Below, piece after piece: positions 38,951 to 48,490 of a DNA stretch of 64,000 nucleotides; the stretch's first letter is position 1, and the number at the start of each line of letters is the position of its first letter. Source of the DNA: an uncultured Thermoplasmatales archaeon (GTDB lineage Archaea; Thermoplasmatota; E2; DHVEG-1); the NCBI GenBank assembly GCA_964615235.1, contig CAZTMK010000012.1, forward strand, positions 844 to 64,843, read 5' to 3'. The position numbers and the translations under genes were made by a program. Below the pieces are notes generated by a model. That model saw only the letters and a program-made list of their open reading frames with translations, did not search any database and had not been told where the DNA came from.

Positions 38951-39024
38951 GGGCTTGTAGCTCAGCTAGGCAGAGCAATCGGCTCTTAACCGATTGGCCA
39001 GGGGTTCGAATCCCCTCAAGCCCG
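38951..39024 (+). tRNA. tRNA-Lys (anticodon CTT)
   Basis: GGGCTTGTAGCTCAGCTAGGCAGAGCAATCGGCTCTTAACCGATTGGCCAGGGGTTCGAATCCCCTCAAGCCCG. Canonical cloverleaf, anticodon loop CTCTTAA, T-loop GGTTCGAATCC. Confidence 0.9.
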
Positions 39025-39220
39025 TTTGTTGATTATTTATAATCCAAAATAGGATAAATCGATATTTTCCCAATCTTTGAAATCATAGATTCCATGTGAT
39101 CCGTCAGAATAATCTAGGATGTCGTGAATATTCGTATTTTAGACTAGAAAAATTGCATCCAAAATATTTCTATTAGAAAAACTTTATAAAATTTTAAATC
39201 TTTATTTATCTTGAATTAAA

Positions 39221-40522
39221 ATGAAAAAACATTCAAAGCTAATTTCCATCCTAGTAATTGTCTTTATGATCATATCATCTACGATTACGATTTCCATTGC
39301 ATCCTCTCAGTCATTAAAACATCCAGATAGTTCAGAAAATCTTATAACAAGTTTTCATAACTCTTCTAAAATAATGTTAATATTAAGCAAGATTGATGAG
39401 GATTTATTAAGATCATACCTGGAGCCTCTTGTGGCTTTTAGTCCAAGATATACTGGAACATATGGCTGTGAAAAATCAGCAAAATTTATTTTTCAGCAGT
39501 TCGATCAAATGGGTCTTAAAACCAGATATCAAAACTGGACATCATTTGGTAATATATATCATAGAAGATTATTTACAAGCCAAAATGTTGAAGCCACTCT
39601 TGAAGGTAAAGATGATAAGATCGTTATCTTTAATGCCCATTACGATACAGTAAAATTTGCTCCCGGTGCGAATGATGACGGTTCAGGGACGGCAGCGGTT
39701 CTTGCTGCAGCATACGTTCTGGGTCAACACGAATTCAACCATACCTTAAAATTTGTCACATTCTCTGGGGAGGAAGTGGGGCTTGTTGGAAGCCAAGTTT
39801 ATGCAAAAGAAGCCTATGATCGCTCAGATGACATAATTTTGGAAATCAACGCTGATATGATCGGAAGAGCTACAACCACTGAAACTGGAAGAAGAATGGG
39901 AATAAGTGCAACAACTGATGCATACTGGGTGCAGGATCTCTTTGAAATTTCAAGCAATGTTTGCGATTTGAAAATGAATATTAATAAAAACACAATTATT
40001 CGAGATAGTCGCGGTTATAGTGATTACCATTCTTTTGTTGAATATGGTTATGAGGCTGTTGCTTGTTGGCAAGGAGAAGGCGATCCAAATATGCACAAAT
40101 GGGGGGATGATTTGAGCAATGTTAATTTCAGTTATTTGGTAAATACTACAAAAATGATTGTAAGCGTAATGGCATTGCTTGCCGATACAAATGAACTTCC
40201 CCCACAAGTTAGAATAGAATCACCTAAAATAGGTAATGTATACCACAAGGATACAAAGATTTGTAACATTGGTGGCTTGACAACTATAGTACTAAAAGGA
40301 ATATGGATATGGGCTGATGTAAAGTATTCTCCTTCTAGGATTACTAAGGCAGAATTTTATTACGATGGAAAATTGGTTCACATCGATACAGAACCGGCCT
40401 ATAACTGGTATTGTAACAAAATCTCGCTTCGAAACCATGTCGTTAAGGTAATTGTATATGATGATCAAGGAAGAGAATATTCTGACTGGGTAAAGATGTT
40501 TTTTATCAACTTTAAAGAATAA
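39221..40522 (+). CDS. Secreted M28-family zinc aminopeptidase
   Basis: Signal peptide. FNAHYDTVKFAPGANDDGSGTAAVLAAA is the M28 metal-binding block (HxD...GAxDDxSG). Followed by FSGEEVGLVGS (EE catalytic). Confidence 0.82.
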   Translation: MKKHSKLISILVIVFMIISSTITISIASSQSLKHPDSSENLITSFHNSSKIMLILSKIDEDLLRSYLEPLVAFSPRYTGTYGCEKSAKFIFQQFDQMGLKTRYQNWTSFGNIYHRRLFTSQNVEATLEGKDDKIVIFNAHYDTVKFAPGANDDGSGTAAVLAAAYVLGQHEFNHTLKFVTFSGEEVGLVGSQVYAKEAYDRSDDIILEINADMIGRATTTETGRRMGISATTDAYWVQDLFEISSNVCDLKMNINKNTIIRDSRGYSDYHSFVEYGYEAVACWQGEGDPNMHKWGDDLSNVNFSYLVNTTKMIVSVMALLADTNELPPQVRIESPKIGNVYHKDTKICNIGGLTTIVLKGIWIWADVKYSPSRITKAEFYYDGKLVHIDTEPAYNWYCNKISLRNHVVKVIVYDDQGREYSDWVKMFFINFKE

Positions 40523-40590
40523 TATTAAACATAAATTTTTTTTAGATAGACTTATATTTAGGTTAATATTACGCTAATTAGCGTTGGAGG

Positions 40591-40989
40591 ATGCTTGTGA
40601 GGACCTTGGAGCAATATTTCAGTGAAAATGCAGGTAAGATATGGAAGGCACTTAACAAATATGGCGCTCTTTCCGAAAAAAAATTGATGAAGTTAACCAA
40701 ACTAAAACACCAGGATGTTTCTTCAGGCATTGGATGGCTTGCAAGGGAAGATAAAATATCTAAGGATAGCCAAGGATATTATCGATTAGGTGAGACTAAT
40801 CTTACCTCAAAAATAGGTAGTGATGCAGGTCGGATTTGGAAGATAATGGACATTTGGGGGGAAGTAAATTTCCCAACTATGAAACGTCTAGCTGAAATAG
40901 ATGAAATTGAAATATATGCTGCGTTAGGTTGGCTTGCTAGAGAAAACAAGGTGGATATTGACGAAAACCAGATGTTCAATCTTATATAA
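40591..40989 (+). CDS. Tandem winged-helix (DUF2582-like) protein
   Basis: Two repeats: AGKIWKALNKYGALSEKKLMKLTKL...GIGWLAREDKI and AGRIWKIMDIWGEVNFPTMKRLAEI...ALGWLARENKV. Confidence 0.55.
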   Translation: MLVRTLEQYFSENAGKIWKALNKYGALSEKKLMKLTKLKHQDVSSGIGWLAREDKISKDSQGYYRLGETNLTSKIGSDAGRIWKIMDIWGEVNFPTMKRLAEIDEIEIYAALGWLARENKVDIDENQMFNLI

Positions 40990-41115
40990 TTCCGTTTCAT
41001 TTAAAAACTAGATAATCATAACAAATCAGGCGATGAAGAGGGAAAGATGGGTTCTATTTGTGGGGGACCCAAAGGGCTACACAGATTGCCAAATGTTGAT
41101 TAGAGGAAGGTAAAT

Positions 41116-42228
41116 ATGAAAATTGCAATGATTGGTTGGGAATACCCCCCATTTAAGGCGGGGGGATTAGCAACTCATTGCTATGGTCTAACTCGTAGCC
41201 TTGCTGATAAAAATATCAAAGTTGATTTTTATATGCCCAAGACTAGGCACAGGGCAACAACAGATAAATCTAATTTAAAAATAATTGAGGTTGGAGAAAC
41301 GGAAATATTCCCGTACGACCGACCCGATGATAAAGAACTTGGTGGCAATTTTTTCGATGCGGTTTACCGATACAACAATCTTATAGTTAGTAGAGTAGCG
41401 GGTAAATATGACGTTGTTCATTGTCATGATTGGCTGACCATGAAAGCTGGAATTGCATTGAAGCAAAAACTTGGCGTACCACTTATCTTAAGCATTCATT
41501 CCACCGAATACGATCGATCTGGATGGGTGTATCCTAACGACTGGTTTATTAATATTGAACGTGAGGGTATGCAACATGCCGATAGGGTAATTGCTGTAAG
41601 TCATTTTACTAAACGCATTATTGTAGAAAAATATGGAATTGATCCTAATAAGATACGAGTTGTACATAACGCCGTATATCCACTTGGAGAGGGGGAAAAA
41701 AGAAATTTGGTACTTTTCCTGGGTAGATTAACTATTCAGAAGGGGCCTGAGTTTTTCCTGAGAGCTGCAAGAAAAGTACTCGATTTTGAGGATACAAAAT
41801 TTGTCGTGGCCGGAATGGGAGACATGTTTCCTAAGCTAATTGATGAAGCAGTAAACCTTGGCATCTCGAATAATGTAATTTTTACCGGATTGCTTACAGA
41901 AGAGGAGGTAAAGCACATTTATAAAATAGCAAGTGTCTATGTTATGCCTTCTGTAAGTGAGCCTTTTGGAATTACTGCTTTGGAAGCGATTTCTGCAGGT
42001 ACTCCTACTATTGTATCAAAATCGGCGGGGGTAGCCGAGACTTTTTCCAACTGTTTACGTGTCGATTTTTGGGACACAGATGAAATGGCAAACAAGATAA
42101 TCTCTCTTTTGAGATATCCTCCCTTGCACACCACTCTTTCAAACCAAGGAAAACAGGAAATCGACTTGTTTACATGGGATCGCGTTGCAGATAAAACCAT
42201 TGATGTTTATAAAGAGGTAGTTAGTTAA
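41116..42228 (+). CDS. GT-B glycosyltransferase (GT4/GT5, archaeal glycogen-synthase-like)
   Basis: N-terminal MKIAMIGWEYPPFKAGGLATH (compare glycogen synthase KxGGL). C-terminal EPFGITALEAISAGTPTIVSKSAGVAE (E-x7-E). Gene context with GH57, debranching enzyme and phosphorylase. Confidence 0.75.
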   Translation: MKIAMIGWEYPPFKAGGLATHCYGLTRSLADKNIKVDFYMPKTRHRATTDKSNLKIIEVGETEIFPYDRPDDKELGGNFFDAVYRYNNLIVSRVAGKYDVVHCHDWLTMKAGIALKQKLGVPLILSIHSTEYDRSGWVYPNDWFINIEREGMQHADRVIAVSHFTKRIIVEKYGIDPNKIRVVHNAVYPLGEGEKRNLVLFLGRLTIQKGPEFFLRAARKVLDFEDTKFVVAGMGDMFPKLIDEAVNLGISNNVIFTGLLTEEEVKHIYKIASVYVMPSVSEPFGITALEAISAGTPTIVSKSAGVAETFSNCLRVDFWDTDEMANKIISLLRYPPLHTTLSNQGKQEIDLFTWDRVADKTIDVYKEVVS

Positions 42229-42229
42229 T

Positions 42230-43408
42230 ATGCCATCAGTGTGTATGTATTTTGAGGTTCATCAGCCCGTAAGGTTGAACAAATTTACAGTATTTAAGAT
42301 AGGTTCAAATAAGGATGATAAGAATTATTTCAACATGGAACTAAACAAGAAAATTTTTGAAAAAGTGGCAAATAAGTGTTACCTTCCCACAAATAATTTA
42401 TTAATCGATTTGATTAAGGAGTTTAATGGTAAATTCAAAGTATCTTTTAGTTTAACTGGTACTTTCGTTGAATATTGTGAAAATTTTGCGCCCGAAGTTA
42501 TCGATAGCTTTAAAGAACTATTTGCTACCGGTTCGGTAGATTTTATGGAGGAGACGTACTTTCACTCTCTTTCAGGTCTATATGATGAACTCGATGAGTT
42601 TGAAGATCAGATTAAGATGCATCGTAAAATAATGAAACGGTTGTTCAATTACAAACCAACTGTTTTTAGAAATACAGAGGCAATTTATGACAATAGAATT
42701 GCAAAGAAAGTTGCAGATATGGGGTACAAAGGAATAATTACCGAAGGAACGGAGAAAATTCTTGGATGGAGATCTCCAAACTTTTTGTATAAACCAACTA
42801 ATTGCGACCTAAAAGTATTGTTAAGAAATTACACCTTAAGCGATGATGTCGGATTTCGTTTTTCTGCACGTCAATGGGTAGCCTATCCTTTAACTGCGGA
42901 TAAATATGCAGCTTGGATGGCTAACTGTCAAGGAGACTTGATAAATCTATTTATGGATTATGAAACGTTTGGCGAGCATCATTGGACAGAAACAGGTATT
43001 TTTGATTTCTTGAGTCATTTTCCTGGTGAAGTTTTTAAACATGGTCATTTGGATTTTGTAACAGTTAGTGAGGCAATTCAAAGATATCAAACGGTAGGAG
43101 AAATTGATGTTCCATGGGCGATCTCCTGGGCTGACGCAGATAGAGATGTGTCCACTTGGTTAGGAAATGATATGCAAATTGCCTGTTTCAATGAACTAAA
43201 AAATATAGGAAAAAAATTAAGAGATGATGGAAACAAAGAACTCTTGCATATTTGGCGAAAATTACAAACCTCTGATCACTTGTATTATGTATCTACAAAA
43301 GGTCTTGAGGATGGCGATGTTCATGCGTACTTCAGTCATTACGATGGTCCATATGAAGGCTTTATTAATTATATGAATATCCTTCAAGATTTTAAGCAGA
43401 AGATTTAA
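42230..43408 (+). CDS. Glycoside hydrolase family 57 protein (alpha-amylase/alpha-glucanotransferase-like)
   Basis: N-terminal CMYFEVHQPVRL (GH57 HQP motif). Starts 1 nt after the GT stop. 392 aa. Confidence 0.72.
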   Translation: MPSVCMYFEVHQPVRLNKFTVFKIGSNKDDKNYFNMELNKKIFEKVANKCYLPTNNLLIDLIKEFNGKFKVSFSLTGTFVEYCENFAPEVIDSFKELFATGSVDFMEETYFHSLSGLYDELDEFEDQIKMHRKIMKRLFNYKPTVFRNTEAIYDNRIAKKVADMGYKGIITEGTEKILGWRSPNFLYKPTNCDLKVLLRNYTLSDDVGFRFSARQWVAYPLTADKYAAWMANCQGDLINLFMDYETFGEHHWTETGIFDFLSHFPGEVFKHGHLDFVTVSEAIQRYQTVGEIDVPWAISWADADRDVSTWLGNDMQIACFNELKNIGKKLRDDGNKELLHIWRKLQTSDHLYYVSTKGLEDGDVHAYFSHYDGPYEGFINYMNILQDFKQKI

Positions 43409-43511
43409 TTATATACTTTAAAGGAATCTGGTCTTCACATAGGAGGGGAAGGGCAATAATCTTTGTGTGTTCATTGGGCAAATTGTCTTCAAAATAAGAT
43501 AATGAAAAATC

Positions 43512-45386
43512 GTGATAAGTATGAGAGAGTGGATAGTAACAAATGGTCTTGGGGCCTATGCTTCGCTAACCCGCAGTCAAAAAAATACTAGTAAATTCCA
43601 TGGACTTCTTGTTGCCAGTCTTCGACCTCCAAGTGAAAGATGGGTTTTTGTTTCAAATGTTTATGACAGGGTCCAAGTTGACGGGCACTCATATGATTTA
43701 AACAATATGCAAAGTAAATTTGTATTCAATGTTTTTCCAAGTTTTGTTTTTAATTTTGACGATATTTCTGTTAGAAAAACAATTTTTATGCCATATGGGA
43801 AAAATACAACTATAATAAAATTCGAGGTTTCGACCAAAAAGCCGATTTCCATTTTTCATAGACCTATTATTAATTCTAGGCATTTTTACGAACTAAGCTC
43901 CCCAGGTTCGGTTTCTTTTGATCAAAATTTGTTTGAACACGGTGTGTTCGTTCGACCTAGCAATATTGGCAAAACTCTAAAAATCATGCTAAAGGATTCA
44001 AAATATAATTCCGATGGATATTGGAGAAAATATTACTATAAAAAAGATCATGAGAGGCAAGATTCATATTTGGACAATAATTTTTATCTAGGTGAATTTT
44101 GCAAAAACATATCAAGTCCTGAAGAGTATTTTTTCGTAATCTCCATCGAAGATATTGTTGATGCGGATCTTTCTTACATGTACAGTAGAGAGGTATTAAG
44201 GAAAAAAACAATTTTTGAAAAATCAGAAATTCCACATAAATACGAAAAACTGGTATTATCAACTGACAACTTTGTTGTAAAAAAAGATGAAAACCAATCA
44301 ATAATTGCTGGCTATCATTGGTTTGGAGAATGGGGAAGAGACACTTTGATTTCACTTCCTGGAACCACTCTGGTAACAAAACGTTATCAGGATGCAAAAA
44401 ATATTCTCAAATGCTTTGGAAGATACATAAGAAAGGGTTTGATACCAAATGTTTTTTCTGATAAAGACTCCATCGCATCTTATAACACGGTTGATTCTTC
44501 ACTATGGTTTATAGATAGGGTCTATCAGTATCTAAAATATACAGATGATGTTAATTTTCTAAGCGAAATCTGGGAGAAACTCTCTTTGATTATTGATAAT
44601 TACAAGAAGGGAACAGATTATTTCATTAAAATGGATGAAGACTATTTAATACGTCATGGGCCTGGACTCACATGGATGGATGTAAAAATTGGTGACTATT
44701 ATCCAACTCCTCGTGCTAATAAGGCAGTTGAAATTCAAGCTCTTTGGTATAATGCACTTAGAATTATGAGTAATTTTGCAAATATTATTGGAAAGGATGA
44801 TGATTATTATGATCTTTCAAACCAAACAAAAGAAAGCTTTAACATACAATATGATCAACTTTATGATGTTATTGACACAAAAGATCAGACAATAAGACCC
44901 AACCAGATATTTCTTGTTTCCTTGGATTATTCGATGATTGATCAATCAATAAAAGAAAATATAATAAATAATATTGAATTAAAGCTAATTACCCCGTTCG
45001 GCCTGAGAACTTTAAATCCAGAACATCCAGATTATAAGGGAAATTATATTGGAATTCATAATAGAGATCTTGCTTATCATAATGGTACTGCATGGCCATG
45101 GTTGCTCGGTCCGTTTGTTCATTCATTTATCAAATTAAAAAATTATGAAGAATATTGGCGTACATACGCATATGAACACTTCTTAAAAACAATGTTTGAT
45201 GCATATGGTGATCAATGGGACGGCTCTATTCACGAAATTTTTGATGGTTCTCCGCCTTATGTTCCAAGAGGATGTATAACCCAGGCTTGGAGCGTGGCTG
45301 AAATACTTCGATGCTTGGTGGAAGATATTGAAAATATTCGTCCACCTTTTGAAAAGATGGTACTTTCATCTAAAATACGCGCTTAG
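43512..45386 (+). CDS. Archaeal-type glycogen debranching enzyme (amylo-alpha-1,6-glucosidase, GDE_C domain)
   Basis: N-terminal REWIVTNGLGAYASLT and C-terminal (alpha/alpha)6-like region with GYHWFGEWGRDT and AWPWLLGPF blocks. 3' end overlaps the convergent glgP by 21 nt. Confidence 0.78.
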   Translation: MISMREWIVTNGLGAYASLTRSQKNTSKFHGLLVASLRPPSERWVFVSNVYDRVQVDGHSYDLNNMQSKFVFNVFPSFVFNFDDISVRKTIFMPYGKNTTIIKFEVSTKKPISIFHRPIINSRHFYELSSPGSVSFDQNLFEHGVFVRPSNIGKTLKIMLKDSKYNSDGYWRKYYYKKDHERQDSYLDNNFYLGEFCKNISSPEEYFFVISIEDIVDADLSYMYSREVLRKKTIFEKSEIPHKYEKLVLSTDNFVVKKDENQSIIAGYHWFGEWGRDTLISLPGTTLVTKRYQDAKNILKCFGRYIRKGLIPNVFSDKDSIASYNTVDSSLWFIDRVYQYLKYTDDVNFLSEIWEKLSLIIDNYKKGTDYFIKMDEDYLIRHGPGLTWMDVKIGDYYPTPRANKAVEIQALWYNALRIMSNFANIIGKDDDYYDLSNQTKESFNIQYDQLYDVIDTKDQTIRPNQIFLVSLDYSMIDQSIKENIINNIELKLITPFGLRTLNPEHPDYKGNYIGIHNRDLAYHNGTAWPWLLGPFVHSFIKLKNYEEYWRTYAYEHFLKTMFDAYGDQWDGSIHEIFDGSPPYVPRGCITQAWSVAEILRCLVEDIENIRPPFEKMVLSSKIRA

Positions 45387-47108
45387 GACGTATTGCTGAA
45401 TCATTCTATCTGTATTGAAAAAGGATGCATTTATTGCAATACAGCTTCTCATTGTACGAATCCAGTTATCTCTATCGTTATAAAATTTCGGGATTATGAT
45501 ATTTTCAAGTTTTTTATATAAATCGTTTCTGTCATCATCGTCAACAGAATCTTTCTCATTTGATTTTCTTGAGCCAATAGCCCATCCAGTTATATTTTCG
45601 ATTCTGCCTTCAATCCACCATCCGTCAAGTGTGCTAAACTGAGGTACCCCGTTATGGGCTGCTTTCATTCCTGAAGTTCCAGAGGCCTCCATAGGTCTAC
45701 GAGGGGTATTCAACCATAGATCAACACCAGAGGTCATTAGTTTCCCAATTTGCATATCGTAATTGTTAATAAATGCAATTTTAATGTTTTCATTATTTAA
45801 TTCCTTCATAATTTTATATATTTTTTTTATTGTTTCCTTACCAGAATTGTCTTTCGGATGTGCTTTCCCAGCGTATATCAATTGAAGTTTTCCCTTGCTA
45901 GCTGCTATTTTCATAAGTCTTTCTGGGTCAGATATGAGTAAATCGGGTCTTTTGTATTCTGTTTGTCTTCTTGCAAATCCGATCGTGAAATCATCATAGT
46001 TCATACCACGGTTATATCTGTGATTCACGAAGTCTATTAACTTCTTTTTTGCCTCCATGTGAGCATTCCAAATCTCATTTTTATCGATACTAAAGGCACC
46101 CCGAAGTATCATTGGATCAGATCTCCATCCTGGCATATACTTGTCAAATAATTTCTGAAACGGGTCAGATACCCAAGTTCTACTATGTACCCCATTTGTT
46201 ATCGAATCAATGGTATAACCGGGAAACATCATTCTTGATACCTCCCCATGTTTTTTTGCAACTCCATTTACATAGTGGCTGAAATAAAGGGCCAATCTTG
46301 TCATATTAAGCTTGTCTTCAAATGTAACTTCGTTTAATATGAATTCAGGTAGTAATTCACCAAGCATTGATTTTGCAATAGGGACGTCAAATTGATCATG
46401 TCCAGCGGCAACTGGAGTGTGAGTAGTAAATACACATTGGTCTCTAACCTGTTCAACATCTTGAAAACGTCTATAAAGCTCCAGTGTTCCCAATGCTGCA
46501 TGCCCCTCATTCATATGATACTTATCGATGGTATTGTATGCGAGTTCCTCAAGCATTCGCACACCTCCAATGCCCAAAATAATTTCCTGAGCAAGACGGT
46601 ATTTATTATCACCACCGTAAAGATGCTTTGTTAATTCTCTATCCCAAGGAGTGTTTTCCTCGAGATTTGAATCCAGAAAAAAAACAGGAACTATGTAGTC
46701 ATTTAGCCCCTTGTAGGGATAATACCATGCACGAAGTTTTACCTCTCTATTTTCGATTTGAATCGTCGTAGTTGTTGGAAGGGATTTTAGAAAATCAGAT
46801 ACAACAAATTGGATGGGCAGCTCTATTTGATTCCCGTGTTCGTCAATTTTTTGATAAAAGTATCCATTTTCTGAAAGTAACGTTACACCAACTACTGGCA
46901 CATTCAGATCTGCACAAGATTTAATTGTATCTCCTGCCAAAATGCCAAGACCACCACTGTAAGTTGGTATGTGTTCATCTATACCAATTTCCATTGAGAA
47001 ATAAGCTATTTTTGGCTTACCTGTAAGATCTGAATTACTAGTATTATTATCCATACTTACCTGTACTGCTTGTTCATCCATCTTGTTTCCCATCCTGATT
47101 TGGAGCAT
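45366..47108 (-). CDS. glgP: Alpha-glucan phosphorylase (GT35, short archaeal/bacterial type)
   Basis: KIAYFSMEIGIDEHIPTYSGGLGILAGD is the hallmark N-terminal block of alpha-glucan phosphorylases. PLP-site region GTSGMKAAHNG (compare EASGTSNMK). Confidence 0.88.
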   Translation of the reverse strand: MLQIRMGNKMDEQAVQVSMDNNTSNSDLTGKPKIAYFSMEIGIDEHIPTYSGGLGILAGDTIKSCADLNVPVVGVTLLSENGYFYQKIDEHGNQIELPIQFVVSDFLKSLPTTTTIQIENREVKLRAWYYPYKGLNDYIVPVFFLDSNLEENTPWDRELTKHLYGGDNKYRLAQEIILGIGGVRMLEELAYNTIDKYHMNEGHAALGTLELYRRFQDVEQVRDQCVFTTHTPVAAGHDQFDVPIAKSMLGELLPEFILNEVTFEDKLNMTRLALYFSHYVNGVAKKHGEVSRMMFPGYTIDSITNGVHSRTWVSDPFQKLFDKYMPGWRSDPMILRGAFSIDKNEIWNAHMEAKKKLIDFVNHRYNRGMNYDDFTIGFARRQTEYKRPDLLISDPERLMKIAASKGKLQLIYAGKAHPKDNSGKETIKKIYKIMKELNNENIKIAFINNYDMQIGKLMTSGVDLWLNTPRRPMEASGTSGMKAAHNGVPQFSTLDGWWIEGRIENITGWAIGSRKSNEKDSVDDDDRNDLYKKLENIIIPKFYNDRDNWIRTMRSCIAINASFFNTDRMIQQYVLSAYFR

Positions 47109-47205
47109 CTATATGACTTATTGGTATTTTAAGATATTCCGTTTAATCTAAGCAAGGGATGGATTTATTAACTTGTCATTATATTCAGCTTCATATACAA
47201 TAGTG

Positions 47206-47460
47206 ATGTGGTGGTGTATTACGACTGAAAAAATATGTGGAAAGTGTAATAGAAAGTTTGACCTGAATGATCATCCTTCAGGATTGGTTTTTAATAATCA
47301 TCATTTTTTATGTGAAGATTGTACACATGATTTATCTGATGATAACTTGATTAATTGGACAAGAACAGTAATGCAATTTCCTTCATCCGGAATGCCAATC
47401 GCGCTTTGGCTTATCCATGAACAAAATAAAGACAAAACTATTATGTCTAAATTAAGATAA
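47206..47460 (+). CDS. Hypothetical small Cys/His-rich (zinc-binding?) protein
   Basis: MWWCITTEKICGKCNRKF...HHFLCEDCTHDL. The ORF track extends it to the TTG at 47173. Confidence 0.4.
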   Translation: MWWCITTEKICGKCNRKFDLNDHPSGLVFNNHHFLCEDCTHDLSDDNLINWTRTVMQFPSSGMPIALWLIHEQNKDKTIMSKLR

Positions 47461-47711
47461 AGCAAACAACCCTGCTTAATTTCAATCATTTTGCAAAAGC
47501 ACATTTTGACTGTTTGTCCAAGAGAAATATCCAAAATTTAATTTGTTAAATGAATCGAGTGGATTAGTATATTTAAAACCCCTAATGACGTTTTCTTTCC
47601 CAACCGAGGAAAACCAAAGCCATTTATTGTCTGGAGGGGATTTTAATAATTATGAATAGAACGTTCATATGTATTGAAAATACTTTTTAAACTATACTTT
47701 ATTGACGGTTT

Positions 47712-48488
47712 ATGATAATCTTAAAAATTGGAGGTAGTGTAATAACAAATAAAGCTCAAGAAAATACCTTCAAAAAAGGAATTATGGATCGGTTATCAAA
47801 GGAAATTAAAATATCTGGAAAAAAGATAATGATTGTTCATGGCGCAGGTTCCTTTGGTCACATCACCGCAAAAAAATACAGATTACAAAATGGGTTTCAA
47901 GATAATAAACAAATTAAAGGTTTTTCACTTACACACTTATCGGTTCAAAAATTAAATTCATTTGTTTTGGAATCACTTTATAATCATAATATTTCTGCTA
48001 TATCAATGCCCCCTCATTCAATCTTAAGACTTGATAATCATTTGCTTAAGATTTTTGAATTTGAGATTTTTAATAAGTACCTAGAAATCGGTTTTTGTCC
48101 CGTTACTTTTGGAGATGTTGTGTTAGATGATAAACTTGGTTTTTCGATTTGTTCAGGTGATTTATTGACTCTTGCATTAGCCCAACAATTTAGACCCGAA
48201 AAAGTGATTTTTGTTATTGATGAAGATGGGTTATATACAAAAAATCCAAAAATAAATTCTGACGCGGAGTTAATCAATAGCATCACAGCAAATGAATTAG
48301 AAAAACTAACAACAGATGCGGATTCTCATGATGATGTGACCAAGGGAATGAAGGGAAAAATTGATACGATTAAAAATATTTCTAAATGTGGAGTAGATAC
48401 AATTTTACTAAATGGTAATAAAGAAGATCGACTATGCAATGTGCTCATTGGTGGGGAAGATACATACACTATTGTCTATGGAGGATAA
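47712..48488 (+). CDS. ipk: Isopentenyl phosphate kinase (amino-acid-kinase fold)
   Basis: MIILKIGGSVITNK glycine-rich N-terminus, HGAGSFGH, 258 aa. Immediately upstream of IDI-2 and GGPPS. Confidence 0.8.
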   Translation: MIILKIGGSVITNKAQENTFKKGIMDRLSKEIKISGKKIMIVHGAGSFGHITAKKYRLQNGFQDNKQIKGFSLTHLSVQKLNSFVLESLYNHNISAISMPPHSILRLDNHLLKIFEFEIFNKYLEIGFCPVTFGDVVLDDKLGFSICSGDLLTLALAQQFRPEKVIFVIDEDGLYTKNPKINSDAELINSITANELEKLTTDADSHDDVTKGMKGKIDTIKNISKCGVDTILLNGNKEDRLCNVLIGGEDTYTIVYGG

Positions 48489-48490
48489 GC

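Noticed and set aside
38951-39220. tRNA-Lys as an integration site for a mobile element
   Set aside because: No integrase, recombinase, direct repeat of the tRNA 3' end or phage-like genes follow. The downstream genes are a peptidase and a regulator.
41116-42228. Calling 41116-42228 a definitive GT5 glycogen synthase (glgA)
   Set aside because: The E-x7-E motif and length fit GT4 equally well. Without a database search, only 'glycogen-synthase-like GT4/GT5' can be supported.
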